Assembly: GCA_043739185.1 (NCBI GenBank)
Contig: JAYUEN010000371.1
Location: 1 to 11,981, forward strand
Direction: 5' to 3'
DNA: 11,981 bases
From: Bdellovibrionales bacterium
GTDB lineage: Bacteria > Bdellovibrionota > Bdellovibrionia > Bdellovibrionales > JAMPXM01
How positions within the stretch are numbered: position 1 is the stretch's first letter; each line of letters begins with the position of its first letter. The notes under the pieces are model-generated. The model made no database searches. It worked only from the letters and a program-made list of their open reading frames with translations, and was not told the origin of the DNA. The translations under genes were made by a program, and so were the position numbers. Shown piece by piece: positions 1 to 7,447 of the stretch.

Positions 1-66
1 GCAATTTCAAAAGTTTCAAATTATTTGAAAGAAAAAAATGACAACTCAATTGTTCCGCGGAGTTAA
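1..66 (+). CDS. Possible 3' end of a gene entering from the left edge (…AISKVSNYLKEKNDNSIVPRS*)
   Basis: Frame +1 is open from base 1 to TAA at 64-66, and a small hairpin CTTCAA-ATTTC-TTGAAG follows at 71-87. The fragment is too short to identify. Confidence 0.25.
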   Translation, partial: AISKVSNYLKEKNDNSIVPRS

Positions 67-460
67 GCGACTTCAAATTTCTTGAAGACTTTCAAAAAAT
101 TTGACAGAAAAAAATACAGGGTGCCTTTAGCGATGCCTCAAATGGCGTGGGGAGCTGCTTCGCCGCAATTTCACAGATGACAAATCTTGATAGTTTAGCT
201 TTTTTGTTCAAGTGCATCGCTAAAATAAAGTTGAAGTTCTCATATAAGATTTGAAGTTTTAAAAATTGTCCCTTCATAAGATAGGAAAAGTTGGCCACTT
301 TTTAAGCCAATTCCAAAAAAAGTTGCAATATTTCAATTGCTCATGGTCCACTTCGGAATTTCGATAGCAATTGCGCCTTCTTGTTCAAATCATATCGATT
401 TTTTTTTAGCTAGAACGAATTTAACCAAACATCTCGACTTTTTGAGATCTAAATTAGTCG

Positions 461-3400
461 TTACTCTTTTTGAAAGACACGGTAGAGAGCTGGAAGAACA
501 AACAGAGTTAGCAGCGCCGATGAAAAAAGTCCCCAAACAACGACTGTCGCAATAGGTCTTTGTACATCAGAACCGATTCCAGTCGCGAGAGACGCGGGCA
601 TCAGACCAAGAATTGCCACCATTGCCGTCATTAAAATTGGTCTCAAGCGTAAACTCGCTCCACGGATAATCGCTTCATCGAGAGAGATGCCGCCCTCGTC
701 CCATAAATGGTTAATGTAACTCACCATGAGAACTCCATGCATAGTTGCTACCCCAAATAGACTTGTGAGACCGACTCCTGCGGAAACACTTAAGTGCATA
801 TCACGCAGCCATAGTGCAAGGGCCCCACCAATGAGTGAAAATGGGACCGTGAGAAGAACGAGACTCGCTCGCTTGAAAGAACCAAATGTTAAAATGAGGA
901 GCAAAAAAATAGCAGCAATGGTCAGTGGAATAAGAAGACCAAAATGAGCCTGTGCTCTTTCTAAGTTCTCAAACATTCCAAGCCACTCGACTGAATAGCC
1001 TTCGGGAAGTTTAATTTCAGAGGCAAATTTCTTTTTTGCTTGAGCTACGAATTCCCCTTGCGATTGACCTCGAATATCACAACGAACCGTGATTCGACGT
1101 TTACCGTTGGATCTTGCTATGAGTGTCTGTCCATCTATCACGCGAATGTCAGCGACCTGGGCAAGAGGCGTCGCCTCACCCTGGTCATTGAACGCAGGAA
1201 GAAGTCCAATTTGCTCGGGGGTATTAACGTATTGAGGCGCATACTTAACAAGAATATCAAGTCGCCTTTCGCCTTCATAAAGCTGACTTACGGGCTGTCC
1301 GCCCACTGCCGTGTTGATGACATCATTTACCGTGTCTACAGCAAGTTGATAGTGAGCCATTCTCGTTTTGTCGATATTGATTTGAAGCTGCGGCTGTGGG
1401 CCTTCTTGCTCGATACTAGCATTGACGGAGCCGGGCACCTGGCGCAACAAGGCCAATGTCTTTTCTGCTAAATCCCGAAGTTGATCGAGGTTAGTTCCTA
1501 CAATCTCGACGGCAAGATCGGCTGAAGTTCCATTGGTGTCTTCAGTAACGCTGTCGATGATTGGTTGAGTAAGATTAAATTTGGTGGTCGGAAATTCGGC
1601 CACCACTTTTTCGCGAATTGCATATTCTAGTTTGAGCTTGGCGTGATAGTTTTTCCATTCAGATCTTGGCTTAAGACCGACCATCATTTCCACACGATTA
1701 GTTGGAAATGGGTCCGTGCCAGTATCATTTCTACCAGTCTGCGAAGTCACGAATGAAACTTCTTGGAAGTCTTGTATAATGGCTCGAAGCTCGTGAGCAT
1801 ACTTTGAGTTTTCCTGAAGCGAAATGCCTTCTGGAAAATTCGCGCGTAACCAAAAAACACCTTCGTCCATGTATGGAAGAAATTCTGTTCCAAGGCGTGG
1901 AATGACACCAACAACAACGGCAATAAAAAGTGCGACTACCACTCCGATAACTTTTAACCGATGAGCTAAAACTTTAGGTAACAAATTTTCATAAGCACAA
2001 GTCAGGCGCTCGAAAAATCCTTTTTCTTTTTCCTTAGCTGTGTGCTGAAACAAAATTGTCGAGAGAACTGGAACCAAATAAAGCGCCACCAGCAAGGCCC
2101 CGAAGAGTGCAAAGCATAGAGTAATCGCCATTGGTCTAAAAAGCAGCCCCTCAATGTATTGCAACGACAAAAGCGGTAAGTAGGCAACAATAACAATTAA
2201 CATCGAGAACAACATCGGCTTTTGTACTTGGGTCGTCGCTTGAAGGATGGTTTCAGTTATTGTGAGTTGCGTTTCTGTTCCCTTAGATTGATTGTTCAGG
2301 TGACGAATAATGTTTTCAGAAATAATAATTGCGCCATCAACAATAATCCCAAAATCAATGGCTCCTACTGACAAAAGACTAATTGGAATCCCGGTTAGCT
2401 TCATCAACAGAAGTGCCACAAGAAGAGAGCCTGGAATTGTAAGGGCTACGATAAAGGCGATCTTAGGATCTCCTAAAAATAAAAAGAGAATAGCTACAAC
2501 TAGTGCGATACCAATAGCGGTGTTGTGAAGGACGGTATGAAGAGTATCTTCAATGAGAGTGGTGCGATCATAAAACGGAACCAATTGAGTCCCTTTTGGA
2601 AGAACAGAAGCGTTGAGTTCCTTGACCGCATCCTGGATATTTTGAAGAGTTTCCGACGGATTTGCGCCGCGCCTCATTACCACAATGCCCTCAACGCTAT
2701 CGTCTTGACCATCTTTTCCGAAAATTCCGGTTCGTGGCAGATGATCGACTACAACGGAACCGACGTCTTTTATAAAGACAGGAGTACCATTGGAGTTTTT
2801 GATAAATATTTTTTCAAGCTGTTTGTAACCTTCAACGCGACCTAGTCCTCGAACGACCAGTGAAGTACCCCCGCGCTCCATGAGACTTCCGCCACCACTG
2901 CTATTATTGGCCTTAATTGCATTTGTAACTTCTTGTAGTTTGACTCCGTATTCTGCAAGTTTATTTCGATCCAGGTGAACTGCATATTGTCTGCCAAGCC
3001 CCCCAAAGTTTTCGACATCGACGACACCCTTTGCCCGCAAGAGTCTGGGCGTAACAACCCAGTCGTTGAGCGTTCGGAGTTCCATTGGACCATGTTTGTC
3101 GTCTCCCACAATTTGATATCTGTAAACTTCGCCGTATGCAGTCGCTAATGCCCCAAGCGATGCCTGAGCATCTGATGGAAGGTTCGCATCACCGATTTTC
3201 TGAAATACAACTTGTCGTGCCCAATAGTCTTCTACTCCAGGCTCAAAAATAATTTGGACATCGGAGAGGCCGAAAATAGTGCGTGAACGAATCACTTCTG
3301 AATGTGGGATGCTTGCCATCGCTCTTTCGATTGGGATGGAAATTTGTTGCTCGACCTCTTCAGCCGCACGACCTTGATAGGTGGTGATAATTTCAACCTG

Positions 3401-3538
3401 TATGCCAGATATATCTGGGTACGCATCTACATTCATTTGGGTGAACGACCAAATTCCTGCTCCCGCAATTAAGGCCGCACCACTTAAAACAAGCCATCTG
3501 TTCTTTAGAGCAATCGCTACTGAATTACTTAAGTTCAT
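461..3538 (-). CDS. czcA: CzcA/CusA-family heavy-metal efflux RND permease (divalent-cation type), about 1025 aa
   Basis: It carries typical HME-RND motifs: VDAYPDIS, EEVEQQI, RSRTIFGLS, LRTLNDW, GAIDFGIIVDGAIIISEN (the CzcA-type DFG-x3-D…E TM4 motif), EGLLFRPMA, LGTEFLPYMDEG, RLRPILMTA and GSDVQRPIATVV. I moved the start from 3565 to ATG 3538 (MNLSNS), which has an AGGAG RBS and overlaps the adaptor stop. The symbol is family-level and the substrate is not established. Confidence 0.96.
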   Translation of the reverse strand: MNLSNSVAIALKNRWLVLSGAALIAGAGIWSFTQMNVDAYPDISGIQVEIITTYQGRAAEEVEQQISIPIERAMASIPHSEVIRSRTIFGLSDVQIIFEPGVEDYWARQVVFQKIGDANLPSDAQASLGALATAYGEVYRYQIVGDDKHGPMELRTLNDWVVTPRLLRAKGVVDVENFGGLGRQYAVHLDRNKLAEYGVKLQEVTNAIKANNSSGGGSLMERGGTSLVVRGLGRVEGYKQLEKIFIKNSNGTPVFIKDVGSVVVDHLPRTGIFGKDGQDDSVEGIVVMRRGANPSETLQNIQDAVKELNASVLPKGTQLVPFYDRTTLIEDTLHTVLHNTAIGIALVVAILFLFLGDPKIAFIVALTIPGSLLVALLLMKLTGIPISLLSVGAIDFGIIVDGAIIISENIIRHLNNQSKGTETQLTITETILQATTQVQKPMLFSMLIVIVAYLPLLSLQYIEGLLFRPMAITLCFALFGALLVALYLVPVLSTILFQHTAKEKEKGFFERLTCAYENLLPKVLAHRLKVIGVVVALFIAVVVGVIPRLGTEFLPYMDEGVFWLRANFPEGISLQENSKYAHELRAIIQDFQEVSFVTSQTGRNDTGTDPFPTNRVEMMVGLKPRSEWKNYHAKLKLEYAIREKVVAEFPTTKFNLTQPIIDSVTEDTNGTSADLAVEIVGTNLDQLRDLAEKTLALLRQVPGSVNASIEQEGPQPQLQINIDKTRMAHYQLAVDTVNDVINTAVGGQPVSQLYEGERRLDILVKYAPQYVNTPEQIGLLPAFNDQGEATPLAQVADIRVIDGQTLIARSNGKRRITVRCDIRGQSQGEFVAQAKKKFASEIKLPEGYSVEWLGMFENLERAQAHFGLLIPLTIAAIFLLLILTFGSFKRASLVLLTVPFSLIGGALALWLRDMHLSVSAGVGLTSLFGVATMHGVLMVSYINHLWDEGGISLDEAIIRGASLRLRPILMTAMVAILGLMPASLATGIGSDVQRPIATVVVWGLFSSALLTLFVLPALYRVFQKE

Positions 3539-4331
3539 GATGTAACTCCTTACGCCCATGAACAAAGTTATGAAGCTCAGGTTTTAGGAGAATTGCACCT
3601 GACGCCACGATGGAATCGCCAAAAGACAGGCCCATGACATGAGCTGAATCAGGTGTTTCATCGACTATAAAAACGGGAGTCAGTCGGTAATGCCCTAACG
3701 AGGTTTCTTTAAGTACAAATTCATTTAGTCCCTCGTGTAAAATGGCTGTCGTCGGCACTCCAACTGCTTGAACATGGAGAAGTGGAAATCGAACTTCGCA
3801 ATTTGTGCCAGGATACCAGTCTTGTCCTTGGCGAATCTCAAACGTCGCATAGGATGAACCGTGATCTTCTTTGCGGGGTTCAATTTTTACGACAAAAGCT
3901 GTAACCTCTGTCTTCTTGAGTCCGTAACGAGCGATCTCAACAGATTGTCCAGGACGAATTTGCTTGGAATACTCATCGGGCACTGACGTAACTCCGAAAG
4001 CTGTTCCCAAAGGCGACTTTGCAAATGCTCCAAGGTGAAGGCCTATTAAAATAGTTAAGTCAGGATCGAGTTCAACCCATGAGATTTCAGAGTTTGACAA
4101 GACGCCAGATGAATTTGCTAATGCGATGATTTGACCAACGGTTTTAAAAACGACATCTCCAAGTGGCGTTTGGGTTGTCTTCTTTACCTCAAGATGCTTC
4201 AAAAATGGTGAGTTATTAGGAACAACAATCTGATCACCTTCAACTTTGTAGGATGCCTGTATGGGCGCGACCGATTCTTTGCAGCCAAGCAGCAAGAAAA
4301 GTCCAAAAATGAAAATTCGATTTGTTTTCAT
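3525..4331 (-). CDS. RND periplasmic adaptor (membrane fusion protein, CzcB-like position), lipoprotein, unusually short (about 268 aa)
   Basis: It lies between the OMF and RND genes and has a lipobox-type signal (MKTNRIFIFGLFLLLG-C). MFP motifs are GDQIVVPNNSP, VPDEYSKQIRPGQSVEI, VGVPTTAIL and GLSFGDSIVASGAILL. I moved the start to ATG 4331, which is 1 nt after the OMF TAG and has AAGGA upstream. Confidence 0.85.
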   Translation of the reverse strand: MKTNRIFIFGLFLLLGCKESVAPIQASYKVEGDQIVVPNNSPFLKHLEVKKTTQTPLGDVVFKTVGQIIALANSSGVLSNSEISWVELDPDLTILIGLHLGAFAKSPLGTAFGVTSVPDEYSKQIRPGQSVEIARYGLKKTEVTAFVVKIEPRKEDHGSSYATFEIRQGQDWYPGTNCEVRFPLLHVQAVGVPTTAILHEGLNEFVLKETSLGHYRLTPVFIVDETPDSAHVMGLSFGDSIVASGAILLKPELHNFVHGRKELHHELK

Positions 4332-4332
4332 G

Positions 4333-5661
4333 CTAGAAATCCTTTCCGACGGAGGCACTCAGGCGAGCCAGATTCCGTTGATACTCGGCAACGGCGTCGT
4401 AATAGGCCGAAACCGTTGACTGGTATGCTGAGACCGCATCGAGATAGTCGAGAAGCGCGCTGTTTCCGGTACCAAATTGCTTTTGCTGTGCATCACGAAC
4501 CGCTCTTGCCCGCTTGAGTTGTCTATTCTCGTAGTCTTCGATAAGTCCTCGTCCCAGTTTCAACTGATCGAAAAGTCCTTCAACTTCTTGGTGGATGACC
4601 AGCACTTTAGAATCGATCTGCTTTTCTGTTTGGCCTTTTGTAAGTTGTGCCTTTTGAATATTACCTTGATTGCGATTAAATAGCGGGAGAGGAATTGTTA
4701 CGCCTGCACTCCAAGAATAGGCTCCTCCTTGCACGAGTGAATTTGGATCTCCTGGGTTCGCATCATTCGGCCCCTGATGACTGAGGCCCGCAGTCAAATT
4801 AAAGTTGTCCCACTTTTGAGCAACAGCAAGCTCGGTATCTAGCTCAGATTTTGAAAGTGTCAGCTTCAGTGCCTTTAAATCAGAACGCACTTCAAGAGCT
4901 TGTTTTATTAAATTTTCTTTTGCTGGAACTTCAATGAGTTTAAAATCCTTGAGTTTCGTCTTTACATTTAGGTGACCGTCGATTGAATTTCGACCGAGAA
5001 GTGTTGAAAGCTGAATCATCGCAGCTCTCAATGAAATCTCTCGTTGCCTGCTATCGAGTTTCGCCTGATCCCAGGCGAGTTGTGCGCGCATGAGAAGAAG
5101 CGGCAGGCGTCCATTTCGTCCTACTCTGTTTTCGGTCATGCTGACCAGGTTTTTAAGTGTGCCTTCTTTTTCTTGAAAGAGCGAAAGTTGATGTTCTTGT
5201 GAAATCACATCGATATAAGCCAGGCGGATATCTTGAATCTTAAGCCTCAATGCATCTTCAAATGTTGCTTTCGCAATACTAACTGCCTCATGAGCACTTT
5301 TCTCAGCTTTCGATCTCTTTCCACTCAAGTCTAAAGGATAGGAGAAAACGAAATCATACTCTCTTGGGCCTCCGGCAGTTGTTTGGTTCCAGTTGCCACC
5401 AAAGGGTTGAAAGACCGTATCAAAAAGTACTGAGGGATTATTCCAGAGGCCAGCTGTAATTTCATCGGCCTCCGCTAACGGAATTCCAAATTTTGCCGCC
5501 AAAATATCAAGATTAGATTTTAGTCCTTCTGCGACTGCCTGTTCAATTGTGAGAGATTCCTCATTCTTGTTTGGCAAATCAGATGCAAAACTCAAACTTT
5601 GTGTCGTTACGACTAAAATACAACCCATAAGCCTTATCGTTGGTTCAATTTTGCTTTTCAT
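4333..5661 (-). CDS. TolC/CzcC-family outer membrane efflux factor, 442 aa
   Basis: It has a signal peptide and the motifs LTIEQAVAEGLKSNLDI, AGLWNNPS, YPLDLSGKR, GVTIPLPLFNRNQGNI and GNSALLDYLDA, which are typical of CzcC-like OMFs. An AAGGAG RBS sits 6 nt before the ATG. Confidence 0.93.
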   Translation of the reverse strand: MKSKIEPTIRLMGCILVVTTQSLSFASDLPNKNEESLTIEQAVAEGLKSNLDILAAKFGIPLAEADEITAGLWNNPSVLFDTVFQPFGGNWNQTTAGGPREYDFVFSYPLDLSGKRSKAEKSAHEAVSIAKATFEDALRLKIQDIRLAYIDVISQEHQLSLFQEKEGTLKNLVSMTENRVGRNGRLPLLLMRAQLAWDQAKLDSRQREISLRAAMIQLSTLLGRNSIDGHLNVKTKLKDFKLIEVPAKENLIKQALEVRSDLKALKLTLSKSELDTELAVAQKWDNFNLTAGLSHQGPNDANPGDPNSLVQGGAYSWSAGVTIPLPLFNRNQGNIQKAQLTKGQTEKQIDSKVLVIHQEVEGLFDQLKLGRGLIEDYENRQLKRARAVRDAQQKQFGTGNSALLDYLDAVSAYQSTVSAYYDAVAEYQRNLARLSASVGKDF

Positions 5662-5680
5662 TACAAGCTCCTTTTGAGTT

Positions 5681-6538
5681 TCATCTTCTGATTGCTCGCA
5701 AAGGACCGATAAGGCCTTTTTGGGTATCTAGATAAAAGACTTCGAGTTCGCTCTGATTTACGACTCGTCCCCTAATGTGAAAGAGGTTGGTCTTTCCGAA
5801 AGTTCCATCGTCAACCCCCGATGTCGCATAAAAAACATTACCGGCGGACGAAGCTTCAAGACCATTGTAGAGAACGAGGCCATTGATTTCTGGAAAGTTA
5901 ATGTTGATGCGTTGGATTCCGCCAACGATGTCGGCGTACATTATCATCTTTAGCTTTGAGTCACTGACTGCGAAAGACCCTACAAACATTTGCCTATAAT
6001 CTATTGAATGATTACTTTGTAAAAGAAGGTTAGGGAATGCCGATTCTCGATTTGCACAAATAGACACCGGATCAATGAGGTTCGTTGTTTTGTAGATCCC
6101 GTTTAAAATTCCTTTTTTTAAAGATGAAATACTAAGCTTAAGACGTAAATCAAGATGTTCTGAAGACATGGTTTTCGCATCGTCTTCACTCACGTGAAAT
6201 GTTACAAAGTTGATGATGTCGCCATCTATTGCGGTATGAACGAAGCTATTATTGACTCCGCTCACTTCGCCAATTTCTCGAAAGCTTGCCGCCAAGGAAG
6301 AAGGCCCTTCACAAACAATATTAATTCGAAACCTTCCAATTGGTTTTAGAAAAACAACGTAGCTACCTTCTGCCGATCCATTGCTGCAAAGTTCCTGATA
6401 TACTTTTTGGGCATGGTCATCGTCGGCATTTGCAAGCAGCGAACTCATCAGGACAAAAATCCCGATAAATATCGCCCTCCATAAGAAAGAAGCTTTGAAA
6501 GTCTTTTTACGATTTTGAATCGAGTCATTGAACTGCAT
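5681..6538 (-). CDS. Secreted or periplasmic hypothetical protein, first gene of the efflux operon (about 285 aa)
   Basis: The ORF track gives 5681..6592 with a TTG start; ATG 6538 (MQFND), preceded by GATGGGGA, is more likely. There is a Sec signal (…RKKTFKASFLWRAIFIGIFVLMSSLLANA|DDDH) and a beta-rich mature part. The stop is only 19 nt from the OMF start. Confidence 0.75.
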   Translation of the reverse strand: MQFNDSIQNRKKTFKASFLWRAIFIGIFVLMSSLLANADDDHAQKVYQELCSNGSAEGSYVVFLKPIGRFRINIVCEGPSSLAASFREIGEVSGVNNSFVHTAIDGDIINFVTFHVSEDDAKTMSSEHLDLRLKLSISSLKKGILNGIYKTTNLIDPVSICANRESAFPNLLLQSNHSIDYRQMFVGSFAVSDSKLKMIMYADIVGGIQRININFPEINGLVLYNGLEASSAGNVFYATSGVDDGTFGKTNLFHIRGRVVNQSELEVFYLDTQKGLIGPLRAIRR

Positions 6539-6968
6539 GGTTGTCCCCATCTTGCGTGGAGCAACTAACAAACTCTTACCAGCTAGGTTCAAAAATCAGA
6601 AAAGATTTGACACAAAGAGAGCTAAGCTTCGGTGATTACTCCCAAGTTCACATATTTGTTCAAACTTTTTAGGCAATGGTTGAATAGATCACGGCTCGAA
6701 ATCCATTGGTCCTATGCCGACCTCTTATCAGCAAAAACCAGATTCTGACCAGCCACTAACAAGAAAAGTCGCTATCATGAAGGAGATTTAATGCTGAGAA
6801 GATTCTGATAACTTCGCCCCCAGGGTCGTCGTCCATTTAGTTTCTCCTCAGTTTGTTAAACATAGTTATTTGCTTTTTGCATTGATTCCCTCAAAGCAAA
6901 CAACAGCTTCGATTAATTAATTACGCCTTTTTATTTTGGCTTGCAAGAAAAATATTTTGCAATATCAA

Positions 6969-6986
6969 TATACCCATACTGGTATA
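6969..6986. promoter_or_regulatory. Putative CsoR/RcnR-family operator (TATACC-N6-GGTATA)
   Basis: Perfect 6-bp dyad TATACC CATACT GGTATA in the divergent intergenic region. It resembles the TACC…GGTA inverted repeats bound by CsoR/RcnR-family repressors. Confidence 0.55.
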
Positions 6987-7136
6987 CAGAAAATATGTAA
7001 ATTTTAAGTTGTATGAACAGCCATGGAAAAATATAAAACATGCCCGCACACTATAAAAGGCCAAGTGGTATTGGTGGAAATAGAATCTTCGTCCATAGAC
7101 CACAGAAGGAATTTATAAATTTTATTCAAAAATGGA

Positions 7137-7165
7137 TTGTAATATAACCCCCTACCCTATATAGT
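7137..7165 (+). promoter_or_regulatory. Sigma70-type promoter of rcnR-rcnA with an RcnR-type operator in the spacer
   Basis: -35 TTGTAA (7137-7142), 17-bp spacer, -10 TATAGT (7160-7165). The spacer contains TATA-ACCCCCTACCC-TATA (7143-7161), a C-tract flanked by an AT-rich dyad, which is the architecture of RcnR/FrmR/DmeR operators. Confidence 0.72.
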
Positions 7166-7174
7166 GTGGGCACT

Positions 7175-7447
7175 ATGGCACACACATTACAAAAAAAAGG
7201 CAAGATTCTAGCCCGAGTTAATAGAATCAAAGGTCAACTAGACGCTTTCGCAAAAACCATTGACGCCGGAGGAGACTGCTATCAAATCATGCAGCTTCTC
7301 TCTTCGTGTCGAGGAGCTCTCAATGGACTCATGGGCGAGATCATTGAAGAGCATATTCGAGAGCACGTGGTGGAGGCTGAAAATAAGAAGCTCGCAGTAG
7401 ATGCTGGAGAAGAGTTGATTGAAATTATGCAGAGCTTTTGGAAATGA
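7175..7447 (+). CDS. rcnR: RcnR/DmeR-type Ni(II)/Co(II)-sensing repressor (CsoR/RcnR family), 90 aa
   Basis: Counted from ATG 7175 (MAHT), the protein has His3, Cys35, His60, Glu63 and His64 at the E. coli RcnR positions. It also has the RVNRIKGQ and RGALNGLM family motifs and lies next to rcnA. Confidence 0.92.
   Translation: MAHTLQKKGKILARVNRIKGQLDAFAKTIDAGGDCYQIMQLLSSCRGALNGLMGEIIEEHIREHVVEAENKKLAVDAGEELIEIMQSFWK

Noticed and set aside
92..298. 68-aa minus-strand ORF
   Set aside because: It has a GTG start without an RBS, its composition looks like translated AT-rich intergenic DNA, and it has no motif.
337..3111. ORF-track entries 337..555, 726..947, 1040..1471, 2002..2196, 2310..2528, 2525..2845 and 2842..3111
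   Set aside because: They are antisense or out-of-frame shadows overlapping the well-supported RND gene and have no recognisable motifs.
461..3538. Calling the pump a Cu/Ag-specific CusA/SilA
   Set aside because: TM4 has the CzcA-type DFGIIVD motif and not the CusA AIAIGAMVD-type motif. There is no cusF, and the neighbourhood is Ni/Co-related.
6921..7103. 60-aa minus-strand ORF in the divergent promoter region
   Set aside because: It is F/Y/I-rich, as expected for translated AT-rich regulatory DNA, and it overlaps the operator-like dyads.
6593..7136. NiCo (czcD) riboswitch in the leader of the metal-efflux genes
   Set aside because: I found no match to the conserved four-way-junction motifs on either strand by eye. 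An Infernal search would be decisive.
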